Positions 1 to 8,277 of a DNA stretch of 64,000 bases are shown here, in pieces. The notes under the pieces were generated by a model. It did no database searches, was not told the DNA's origin, and worked only from the letters and a program-made list of their open reading frames with translations. Position 1 is the stretch's first letter. The number at the start of each line of letters is the position of its first letter. The stretch covers positions 672,001-736,000 of the forward strand of contig JAWLHJ010000001.1 in the NCBI GenBank assembly GCA_041690395.1, written 5' to 3'. A program made the position numbers and the translations under genes. This stretch comes from Longimicrobiales bacterium (GTDB lineage: Bacteria > Gemmatimonadota > Gemmatimonadetes > Longimicrobiales > Gaopeijiaceae).

Positions 1-2144
1 GTGTCCTCCGGAGCGGCCCCCCGCGCCCGCTCCGTCGGCGCGGGATCGGTCGGCGCAGGATCCGCCGTCCGCCCCGCCACGGGGGCGCGTACGGCGCGGG
101 GCTCGCACACCGCCCGCACGGCCTCTTCCACATCGAGGTGGGTCGCGTCCGTCCGCGCCCGCTCGAAGGCGGCGCCGTCCGGCCCGGCGCGCAGACGGGC
201 CACCTCCACGTCGATCAGTGTGCGGTCGAGCTCGAAGGGCGGCGCCCCGATGCGAGTCCTCAGCGTCTCGGCGAGCCCGACGAGGTGTCCGGCGCCTTCT
301 GCGTCCTGCCGGCGTCCCCGCAGGACCCCGGTCAAGTGGAGGGCGCGGGCCGTGAACATGTCGGACGGATCGCGCAGGAGTGCGCGCAGCGACTCCAGGA
401 ACAGCGCCTCGGCCCGCTCGTCGTCGCCCTTCCTGAGGTACAGGCCACCGAGCGTCTGGAGCGCGACGGCGAGCTCTCGGTCCTGCCCGAAGACGCGCGC
501 GACTTCCACACCCCGTTCCGCGGTCGCCACCGCCCGCTCGAAGTCGCCCCCGGTCCCGATCGCGATGCCCAGCAGCAGCAGGCTCAAGCGGAGTCCATAA
601 AGGTCCTGGCGTCGCTCGAACAGGCGCTTGGCCTCCTCGAGTACCTCGAGCGCCTCCGGCTTCCCTTGCTGGGCGTACGCCATGCCGAGATAACTGAGCG
701 CATAGGCCGTCGCCTGCTCGTCGCCGAGATCCCTCACGACGGCGAGAGCCCTGGTGAGGCGGCGGTGGGCGTCGTCGGGACGGGCCTGGAGCGCGTCGAG
801 GGCACCGAGCGCGAAGTCGAGGCGTGCCCGCGTGGCCGGCTCGATCCGTGTGTCGTCCACCCGGGCGGCCTCCTCCAACCAACGCCGCGCCTCCATCCAG
901 TGGCGCGTCGAGAACCAGAACCACCAGGCTTTGGCGGCCAGCCGCGCGTGGAGCGCCGGATCGACGCCGGAGGTGCGTTTGAGCGCCGCGCGAAGGTTGT
1001 CGATGTCCGGAGCGAGACGAAGCGTCCACCGCCGTCGTTGACTCGTGAGGAAATGCGGCTCCGCCTCGGCGAACAGGGTGAGCATGTGCTCGGCGTGGGC
1101 CCTGCACGCGGCCTCCTTCTCCGCTGGGTCGTCGTCCAACGCGGCCGCCCCGAGCTGCCTGAGAGGCTCGAGGATCGAGTAGCGGGTGTCGCCGTCGGCC
1201 GCCCGCATCGTGACCAACGACCGCTCCACGAGCTGCTCCAGCAGATCGAGGTCCGCCCCGATCGCCTCCACGGCGGCGAGCGTGAAGCCGCCCCGGAACA
1301 CGGACAGCCGCCGGAAGACACGCTTGGCGTCCTCGTCCAGATGCTCGTAGCTCCAGAGCAGGGTCGACCGGAGTCCGGTCCGCCGGGTATCCCCCGGCTT
1401 CACGCGGTCACCGAACAGGGCATGCATGTCTTCCAGGCGCTCGAGGATCTGAGCGGGCGTCAGTACCCGCAGGCGGGCCGCCGCGAGCTCCAGGGCGAGC
1501 GGCATGCCCTCCAGCCGATCGCAGATGGCACTCACCACCGGACCGGACTCCTCGTCCAGCGCGAAGTCGGGCGCGACGTCGCGTCCCAGCTCGACGAAGA
1601 GTCGGACCGCATCGCTGCCGCAACCTTCATGGGGGAGCGGCCCGAGCGGCCATACCCGCTCCCCTGGGATCCCCAACTCGACGCGGGATGTGACGAGGAC
1701 CTGGAGCTCCGGCCTCGCGGGAAGCAGCGTCGAGACCAGCTGGACGGCCGCATCGACGAGGTGCTCACAGTTGTCCAGCACGAGCAGACGCGGCCCCGGG
1801 GGGATGGCGGCCGCGATGCGCTCAGGGTCCTTCAGGTCGTCCTCGATGCCGAGGGCGGTCGCGACGCGTGAGGCGAGGAAAGCCCCGTCTCCGACGGACG
1901 CCAGCTCCACGAACGCGACCGGGAGCGTTTCTCCGAGCCGCCGAGCGACCTCGCGGGCCAGCCGGGTCTTTCCGGTCCCGCCCAGCCCCGTGAGGGTGAC
2001 GAGCCTCCGCTCGGTGAACGCGGCCCGGATGGCGTCCAGCTCGTGGGCGCGGCCCACGAACGGCGTCAGGTCGGGTGTCGGTCCGAAGGAGCCCGACGAG
2101 AGGTCTCCGGTGGAGTCCTTCCCGGAGTCGAACGGTGCGCTCAT
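1..2144 (-). CDS. STAND-type (AfsR/COG3903-like) ATPase with helical/TPR region, probable transcriptional regulator; 3' end lies outside the window
   Basis: Manual translation from ATG at 2144: ...TPFVGRAHELDAI...LVTLTGLGGTGKTRLA (Walker A)...LLVLDNCEHL (Walker B)...VLVTSR...ICDRLEGMPLALELAAAR. The frame appears open to the window edge and is not in the ORF track. Confidence 0.85.
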   Translation of the reverse strand, partial: MSAPFDSGKDSTGDLSSGSFGPTPDLTPFVGRAHELDAIRAAFTERRLVTLTGLGGTGKTRLAREVARRLGETLPVAFVELASVGDGAFLASRVATALGIEDDLKDPERIAAAIPPGPRLLVLDNCEHLVDAAVQLVSTLLPARPELQVLVTSRVELGIPGERVWPLGPLPHEGCGSDAVRLFVELGRDVAPDFALDEESGPVVSAICDRLEGMPLALELAAARLRVLTPAQILERLEDMHALFGDRVKPGDTRRTGLRSTLLWSYEHLDEDAKRVFRRLSVFRGGFTLAAVEAIGADLDLLEQLVERSLVTMRAADGDTRYSILEPLRQLGAAALDDDPAEKEAACRAHAEHMLTLFAEAEPHFLTSQRRRWTLRLAPDIDNLRAALKRTSGVDPALHARLAAKAWWFWFSTRHWMEARRWLEEAARVDDTRIEPATRARLDFALGALDALQARPDDAHRRLTRALAVVRDLGDEQATAYALSYLGMAYAQQGKPEALEVLEEAKRLFERRQDLYGLRLSLLLLGIAIGTGGDFERAVATAERGVEVARVFGQDRELAVALQTLGGLYLRKGDDERAEALFLESLRALLRDPSDMFTARALHLTGVLRGRRQDAEGAGHLVGLAETLRTRIGAPPFELDRTLIDVEVARLRAGPDGAAFERARTDATHLDVEEAVRAVCEPRAVRAPVAGRTADPAPTDPAPTERARGAAPED

Positions 2145-2344
2145 CGAGCGGAAGTTGATGGGGCGAACGGTCGACGCAGCTCGGACAGGAGGAGCGCGAC
2201 CGGGCAATTATGTGCGCCATGCTCGGCGCGGTCAATCGGATTTAATCGGCCGCCAAATCGCGGCCGTCATCTTCGGGGTCCTCGACGGCCGCACGCGGCC
2301 GCACGAGCTGACGATGACCCCATTCCGGCGACGAGCCGGGAGGA

Positions 2345-2914
2345 ATGACGCGGATGATGAGCAGGCTTCATGGTGGACGTGAGGTGCGGGGTGGTGCCGC
2401 ATTCCTTTGCACGCTCTTGTTGGTGGGTTGCACGATCTCCGCGGAGGAGACGCCGGAGGCGGCCGGATCCGCCGCTCCGGTGGTGACGGCCGCGACGGCG
2501 GAGGACGCGGGGCGTTACATCGTCCGCGTGGGCGGCTGCAACGACTGCCACACCGAGGGCTATCTCGAGTCGATGGGTGAGGTGCCGGAGTCGAGCTGGC
2601 TGAGCGGGTCCGTCGTGGGATTTCGCGGACCGTGGGGCACGACCTATCCGGCGAACCTCCGGCTTTCGGTCGTGAACATGACGGAGGACCAGTGGGTCGA
2701 GACGCTTCGCACCCGGAAGGGACTGCCGCCCATGCCCTGGCCGAACGTCAACCAGATGACCGAAGCCGACGCCCGGGCTCTGTACCGCTACATCACGTCC
2801 CTGGGAGCCTCGGGCGCACCGGCGCCGACGAACCTCGCACCGGGGGTCGAGCCGACCACGCCGTGGATCGACTTCGTCCCGAAGAACCTGCCGGTCGTCG
2901 CTGCCGGCGGCTGA
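2345..2914 (+). CDS. exported monoheme cytochrome c
   Basis: CNDCH heme motif, GPWGTTYPANLR and MPW motifs, N-terminal hydrophobic/lipobox-like segment (LLVGC). Exact start uncertain. Confidence 0.85.
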   Translation: MTRMMSRLHGGREVRGGAAFLCTLLLVGCTISAEETPEAAGSAAPVVTAATAEDAGRYIVRVGGCNDCHTEGYLESMGEVPESSWLSGSVVGFRGPWGTTYPANLRLSVVNMTEDQWVETLRTRKGLPPMPWPNVNQMTEADARALYRYITSLGASGAPAPTNLAPGVEPTTPWIDFVPKNLPVVAAGG

Positions 2915-2986
2915 TCGGAGCTAAGACTCGACGTCGCCTCCGGGGTCGCGGCCCCGGAGGTCGTCGAGGATGTCCCGGGCTTCACG

Positions 2987-3217
2987 CTACGGCGCCCGGT
3001 CTTCGTCCTCGTCGGCGCGTGCGCTGAGCCACGCCAGCGTGCCCGACGTCGACACGGGCACCCGCAGCACGGTGCCTTCGCGCACCTGCGTGCCGATAGC
3101 CGAGCGCGCGACCTCGGCGGTCCGCCCGGACGCGTCGTCGACCAGCACCACGGTCTCGCCCTCGATCCGGTCGACCACCCACACGCGGTCCTCCGCTCCG
3201 GCGGATTCCTCCGTCAT
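2987..3217 (-). CDS. DUF3006-like small protein
   Basis: VVDRIEGETVVL...VREGTVL pattern; ATG overlaps the stop of the upstream remnant (ATGA). Confidence 0.75.
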   Translation of the reverse strand: MTEESAGAEDRVWVVDRIEGETVVLVDDASGRTAEVARSAIGTQVREGTVLRVPVSTSGTLAWLSARADEDEDRAP

Positions 3218-3498
3218 CGCGACGTCCGCACCGTGTACGCGGCGTAGGCCGCGACCGACGCGTCGGTGCAGCCGTCGCGGCTTCCGTGGTGCTCGGCTTT
3301 CAAGAGGGTCACGTCGGGCACCACGTCATGATCGAGGAAGTGAGAGGAGCGGCCGCTCGGCGTCGCCGCTCAGGAAAGCCGCGAACCGGCCGAAGCGCAT
3401 CACGACCCCCACGGAGCGATCATTCTGGTCCACCGGGTCGGCCGGGGGCAAGGGGAGCCGGCGAGCAGCAGGAGCGAGGTCGCGAGGGCCCGGTCCAC
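3214..3498 (-). pseudogene. collapsed remnant of a ComEC/Rec2-type metallo-beta-lactamase-fold gene
   Basis: Three pieces joined by frame changes: signal-like start MDRALATSLLLLAG; QNDRSVGVVMRFGRFAAFLSGDAE; HDVVPDVTLLKAEHHGSRDG...TSR-stop. The HxHxDH region is absent. Confidence 0.75.
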
Positions 3499-4968
3499 TC
3501 AGCCGTCCCCGCCGGAGGGTGAAGCGCCGGTGGCCTTCCTGGTGAACCCGACCCGGGGCATCGCGCCCCATCCCTCGGCCTTCCGGAGGAAGCGCACCAG
3601 GCCCCTCAGGCGCCAGAACGCAGTGAGCTGGCGATAACCCACGTTCTCGGCCACCGCGAGGAGGAAGAGACGGAAGAGGTCCTTCAGGCGTGGATACCGC
3701 CGGAAGGCCAGCTCCTCCAGGGCCAGCGCCGAGACCGAGAGCGTGATGCCCAGGACGACGGCGACGAGGAGGAACGCGGACACGTACGCGGGGGAAGTCC
3801 AACCCAGCAGGAGCGTCATCGCGAAGACGCCGTAGCCGGCGACTTCGATGAGCGGGCCCCACATCTCCAGGAAATAGAAATGGGGCATCACCCACATACC
3901 GATGCGGCCGTACCGCCGTCGAAACAGCATGCTCCGGTGCTTGGTGAGCGACTCGCTCAGCCCGCGCTGCCAGCGGTCGCGCTGGCGTCCGAGGACCCGC
4001 AGGCTCTCCGGAGCCTCCGTCCATGCCACCGGGTCCGGCACGAAGCTGATGTTGTACGGCAGGTCGTGGTCCATGCAGTACCGGTGGAGGCGTACGACCA
4101 GCTCCATGTCCTCTCCGACCGTGTCGGTCGAGAACCCTCCGGCCGCGATGACCGTCGAGCGGCGGAAGATGCCGAAGGCGCCAGAGATGATGAGGTTCCC
4201 CTTGAGCGCTTCCCACCCCATCCGGCCGACGAGGAACGCGCGCAGGTACTCGAGCACCTGGAAGCGCGCGACGATGCTGTCCGGAAGGCGGACCTCGGTG
4301 ACCGAGCCGGCTTCGATGACGCACCCGTTGGCGATCCGGATGATGCCGCCGGCCGCCACGGTGTGCGCTTCCTCGAGGAAAGGGCGCACCACGCGAATGA
4401 GGGCGTCCCGCTCGAGCAGCGTGTCGGCGTCCATCGCGCAGAAGAGGGGGGTGCGGCAGTAGCAGAGTCCGGCGTTCAGTGCGTCGGCCTTGCCTCCGTT
4501 CTCCTTGTCGACGAGCCACAGGTGCGGGTGGCGCCGACTTCGGTACGTCTGGCGAACCTCTGCCGTATCGACGTCGAAGGTCGACATCTTCGGGAAGGGA
4601 CGCATCTCGAACGCGTCGATCATCCGCTGGACGGTCTCGTCCTTCGAGCCGTCGTTGACGACGATGACCTCGAACTCGGGGTAGTTCAGCGACAGGAGCG
4701 ACCGGACCGACTCCACGACGGTCGCCTCTTCGTTGAAGGCGGGCGCGATGAGGGTGATCGGCGGGGCGCCGGAGTGCGCGATCGTCTCCCGGACGTCGAG
4801 CGAGCGCAGACGCTCGGCGTACCGGCGAACGGCCCGAAACGCGATGACGCTCGTCAGGAGGTACGACCCGTTCAGAATGATGAAGTAGGAGAAGACGATG
4901 GCGTTGACGGTCCAGAGCACGACGCCGACCCAGGGGCCGATGGGCGAGCCGAAGATCAGGTCGTTCAT
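3499..4968 (-). CDS. membrane GT2 processive glycosyltransferase (PgaC/IcaA-like)
   Basis: APAFNEE, VNDGSKD, KENGGKADALN, DAD, GEDMEL and QRDRW motifs; N- and C-terminal TM helices. Confidence 0.93.
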   Translation of the reverse strand: MNDLIFGSPIGPWVGVVLWTVNAIVFSYFIILNGSYLLTSVIAFRAVRRYAERLRSLDVRETIAHSGAPPITLIAPAFNEEATVVESVRSLLSLNYPEFEVIVVNDGSKDETVQRMIDAFEMRPFPKMSTFDVDTAEVRQTYRSRRHPHLWLVDKENGGKADALNAGLCYCRTPLFCAMDADTLLERDALIRVVRPFLEEAHTVAAGGIIRIANGCVIEAGSVTEVRLPDSIVARFQVLEYLRAFLVGRMGWEALKGNLIISGAFGIFRRSTVIAAGGFSTDTVGEDMELVVRLHRYCMDHDLPYNISFVPDPVAWTEAPESLRVLGRQRDRWQRGLSESLTKHRSMLFRRRYGRIGMWVMPHFYFLEMWGPLIEVAGYGVFAMTLLLGWTSPAYVSAFLLVAVVLGITLSVSALALEELAFRRYPRLKDLFRLFLLAVAENVGYRQLTAFWRLRGLVRFLRKAEGWGAMPRVGFTRKATGASPSGGDG

Positions 4969-6038
4969 CGGGCCGACTCCAGGACTTCTGCGGCGAGTGG
5001 AGCCCTGGGGCTGGTCGAGCCCGCGAGAGCCTCGAGCTCCTCGGAACGACCCAGCGCGAGGAGGCCGTGCGCCGCCTGGAGGGCGACCCAGGGCGAGGGG
5101 TCGTCGAGACCGGCCGAGACCATTTCCACGTCCGAGGTCCTCCGGTCGCTCAGGTTGGATATCGCCCGGAGCGCCACGGCCCGCACGTGCGCGGTCGGCG
5201 AGCTGGCGAAGGGACGGATCACCGCGAGCTGACCGGGCCCCCCGAGTGCGCCGATCAGCCGGATGATCTCGGCCTGGACCTCGGGGTCGTCCTCATCGGG
5301 GAGGAGGCCGGCCGCCGGCTCGACCGACCCGATGTGGTGGAGCTCCCGCAGCGCCTGGAACGCGATGGAACGGAATCGGGGCTTCGCGGATCGGTCGGTC
5401 GCGAGCTCACGGAGGAAGGGCGCCGCCCCGGGTCCGAAGCTCACGAGCAGGCTGGAGAGGTAGTTGGCGCTCCAGCTTTCGAAGGTTTCGAGCCGGGAGA
5501 GGAGGTGGGGCACGTGGCTCGGGTCTCCGTGGCGGGCGAGCGCTCGCGCGGCGACCATGGCCACGAGCCCGGAGCTGTCCTCGAGCCCGCTGGCGATACG
5601 CTCCCGCCCCTGCTCGTAGCCGAGCTCGCCCAGGATGTCGAGGGCGTAGGCGCGCCGGTATGCGTCGGGATCGTCCAGGAGGGAGTCGAGGGCGCCGAGG
5701 TACGGCCGGCCGACGCGCTCGATGTTCCGCCGCTCGGGGCCCTCCAGCGCCCGTGCGTACTTCGTGACGAGCTCCAGGAAAAGCACCTGGTCCTCCTCGT
5801 CGACGTCCGGCTCCTCCGGGCGCGGACCGTCCCGGTCCGGGGCGGCCGTGGACTCGCCCGTCGCGGCATCCAGGAGCCGGCCCTTCCACCGATCCTCCAG
5901 CGCCCTCTTCCGGCGCTCGGTCCGCAGACTCCGGAGGTGGAGCACGAAGGCGTAGCCCATGAACGCGAAGGTGAACCCCGTGAGCGCGAGGACCGCGGCG
6001 ATGGCGAGCTGGAGGGTGAGATCCGAGGCGGGGATCAT
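4965..6038 (-). CDS. membrane-anchored HEAT-repeat protein
   Basis: N-terminal TM helix; repeats such as LLDDPDAYRRAYALDILGEL, DEDDPEVQAEIIRLIGAL and GLDDPSPWVALQAAHGL; ATGA overlaps with both neighbours. Confidence 0.88.
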   Translation of the reverse strand: MIPASDLTLQLAIAAVLALTGFTFAFMGYAFVLHLRSLRTERRKRALEDRWKGRLLDAATGESTAAPDRDGPRPEEPDVDEEDQVLFLELVTKYARALEGPERRNIERVGRPYLGALDSLLDDPDAYRRAYALDILGELGYEQGRERIASGLEDSSGLVAMVAARALARHGDPSHVPHLLSRLETFESWSANYLSSLLVSFGPGAAPFLRELATDRSAKPRFRSIAFQALRELHHIGSVEPAAGLLPDEDDPEVQAEIIRLIGALGGPGQLAVIRPFASSPTAHVRAVALRAISNLSDRRTSDVEMVSAGLDDPSPWVALQAAHGLLALGRSEELEALAGSTSPRAPLAAEVLESAR

Positions 6039-7798
6039 CGATGCCGGACCAGCCGCAGCACCCGCGTGAGCAGCTCAGTCGGGGAGAACGGCTTCGTCAC
6101 GTAGTCGTCCGCCCCGAGCTCGAAGCCGCGTTGCACGTGCTCCTGCCGACCCAGCGAGGTGAACATCAGCACGGGCGTGTCCCTGGCACCGGCATCCTCA
6201 CGGAGCCGCCCGAGGATCTCGAAGCCGTCCATCGACGGGAGTTGCACGTCCAGGATGACGACGTGGGGTGGCCGCTCCAGAATCGCGGCCAGCGCGAGTG
6301 CGCCGTCGGTGTGATGCTCGACGAGAAAGCCACTGCGCTCCAGACGATGACGCACGAGGCCGGCCGTCACCGGGTCGTCCTCGACCAGGGTCGCGCGCGG
6401 GCGGGCTCCGTGGGCGTGGCCGCGCGTGTCGGCGGGGCGTCCGGGGGACGGTTCGTCGACCTCCTCGACGGGATCGGCCACCGCGGAGGCCATCGCGGAC
6501 ACGGCGTCGAGGAGGTCCTCGTCCCTGCCCACGCGCCGGACCCGGCTGCGGAGATATCGGGACACCCCCGGAAGCGCTCCGATGCGGTCCGCCAGGGCGA
6601 GCATCGCGGACTCGTCCCTGGAGGGGCTCACGACGACGATCTCGTCGACCCCCCACCGGGCCATGAGCTCGTTCGCCTCCAGCTCCGAGGCCAGCGAGCC
6701 GATGACCGTTCTGAGGAGGCGGGGAAGCAGTGGCGCGGAGCCCGAGGCGCCGTCGTTCGGCTCTTCCTCGGGGACGCCGTTTCCGTCGGGATCGGTGTCG
6801 AACTCGAGAAGCGCCAGGGTGAACGGCGTGGTGTCCGCTCCGGTCCGGCTCTGCGACGAGACGAGCTTCTGGACCTCCGAGAGGGTCAGCGGCACGCCCA
6901 GGGGATCGGGATCGGGGGCCGTCGAGCGCCCCTTCGCGATCACGTGTTCCACCGCCCGACCGAGCTCGCCGGCGTCGTACGGCTTGTCGAAGAACCAGTC
7001 CGCGCCCAGGCCGAAGCACTCCTCGCGGGTCCGAGGTCCGGCCTTTCCGGTCACGACCACGACGCCGGTGTCCTTGGCCTTCGGATCACGCCGAAGGTCG
7101 GCGAGCAGGTGCCGTCCGTCTTCGTCCGGGAGGATCAGGTCGAGGACGATGACGTCCGGATCGGCCTCGGCGATGGTCCTCCTGGCCTCCTTCGCGGTGG
7201 TGGCCACGAGGATGGACCGATCGGGCCGCGTCAGCGCGTCCTGCAGCATGCGGACCGCCGAGGGCTCGTCCTCGACGACCAGAATCCGTGCGCGCGACGC
7301 CGATTCGGGAGGCTTCTCGGGCACCGGGCCACGCGGCTCGGCCACCCCGGAGGGTTCGGCGGGCTCGGAATCCGGTGGCTGCTCGACTGCGGGAGCCGGG
7401 GTCGCGGCATGCAGGCGGAGTCCGGCGCTGCGCGAGAGGATCCGGAAGTCCGGATCGGCGGCGAGCACGTCGAGATCGTCCCGGAGTGCCGTCGCGGCAA
7501 CGAGGCACGCGGCCAGCGACGAGACCGGCTCACCGGCCGCACGGGCGGTCCGGAACAGCTCCGCCGCGCGCTCGAGGTCGAGAGGCGTCGGTGGGTCGCA
7601 ACGGTCGAGGGACCTCACGAGGGTGGCGAGACGGCGGCCGTCGGCCTCGTCCGAGGCGCCCGCGAGGAGCTCGGCGATGACCGTGTCCGTCGTGTGGATG
7701 GGGGCGTGCCGCTCGAGGAGCCGGCGCACCGCGGTGTCGGCGAGCGATCCGTCGGCACGGAGGAAGGCGATCCACGCCGAAGTATCGACGAGTGTCAT
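6035..7798 (-). CDS. fusion protein: PIN (VapC-like) - REC - degenerate GGDEF-like - REC, 587 aa
   Basis: MTLVDTSAWIAFLR...VIAELLAG...LVAATAL...AADPDF (PIN); ILVVEDE...IVLDLILPDEDG...DKP (REC1); ARWGVDEIVV; LVEDD...ILDVQLPSMDG...YVTKPF (REC2). ATG at 7798 overlaps the antitoxin stop. Confidence 0.85.
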   Translation of the reverse strand: MTLVDTSAWIAFLRADGSLADTAVRRLLERHAPIHTTDTVIAELLAGASDEADGRRLATLVRSLDRCDPPTPLDLERAAELFRTARAAGEPVSSLAACLVAATALRDDLDVLAADPDFRILSRSAGLRLHAATPAPAVEQPPDSEPAEPSGVAEPRGPVPEKPPESASRARILVVEDEPSAVRMLQDALTRPDRSILVATTAKEARRTIAEADPDVIVLDLILPDEDGRHLLADLRRDPKAKDTGVVVVTGKAGPRTREECFGLGADWFFDKPYDAGELGRAVEHVIAKGRSTAPDPDPLGVPLTLSEVQKLVSSQSRTGADTTPFTLALLEFDTDPDGNGVPEEEPNDGASGSAPLLPRLLRTVIGSLASELEANELMARWGVDEIVVVSPSRDESAMLALADRIGALPGVSRYLRSRVRRVGRDEDLLDAVSAMASAVADPVEEVDEPSPGRPADTRGHAHGARPRATLVEDDPVTAGLVRHRLERSGFLVEHHTDGALALAAILERPPHVVILDVQLPSMDGFEILGRLREDAGARDTPVLMFTSLGRQEHVQRGFELGADDYVTKPFSPTELLTRVLRLVRHR

Positions 7799-8163
7799 GG
7801 CTCGGACGGTGCGGTGCGCCCGGGGCCTCGCAGCGTCTTCAGATCGCCCGACCACCCCGCTCCGCGCAGCGCGAGCAGCTCGGATCTCGACAGTGGGGGA
7901 TCCGCCGCGCGCCTCAGTGCGAAGTCGAGCGCCTCCGTCGGCGAAGTGAGGCCGTGGCGGTCCATGACGGCCCGGACGAGGCTCGGGTCGGGTCGGAGTG
8001 TCTCGTCCCGGGTGGGAGCCGAAGACGGGGCGAGGCGCCCGGCCCGGGCGTCGCGCAGCCGCTGGCGCACCCACGCCGAGACGGTGAGGCGGGCCGCGTC
8101 GGCCGCTTCCTGAATCTCGTCGTATTCGGCGTCGTCCATGACGACCTGAAGGCGTTTGCTCAT
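7795..8163 (-). CDS. VapB-like antitoxin with two antitoxin-like modules (RHH plus VapB-type C-terminal module)
   Basis: MSKRLQVVMDDAEYDEIQEAA...TVSAWVRQRL (RHH), then DPSLVRAVMDRHGLTSPTEALDFALRR...LLALRGAGWSGDL; lies directly upstream of the PIN domain. Confidence 0.8.
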   Translation of the reverse strand: MSKRLQVVMDDAEYDEIQEAADAARLTVSAWVRQRLRDARAGRLAPSSAPTRDETLRPDPSLVRAVMDRHGLTSPTEALDFALRRAADPPLSRSELLALRGAGWSGDLKTLRGPGRTAPSEP

Positions 8164-8167
8164 GGCA

Positions 8168-8198
8168 TGAGTATGCTTTACTCAATCCGTTGTCACAA
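8168..8198 (-). promoter_or_regulatory. sigma70-like promoter with overlapping palindromic operator for the vapB-PIN operon
   Basis: Minus strand TTGTGA(8198-8193)-N17-CATACT(8175-8170), 6 nt before the ATG; inverted repeat TGAGTA-N5-TACTCA at 8168-8184. Confidence 0.65.
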
Positions 8199-8277
8199 GG
8201 CTGCGCGGGGCCGCTCGCGTGTAGCCGAGGGAGAACGCCAACGTGGCACTCGACCCTGGAACCTCGCATCTTTGACC

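Noticed and set aside
138..1871. 577-aa plus-strand ORF, and similar long ORFs such as 6041-8113, 17647-19620, 35484-37601, 46451-49528, 49589-52057 and 55004-57529
   Set aside because: They are antisense shadows of well-supported genes in high-GC DNA and carry no recognisable motifs.
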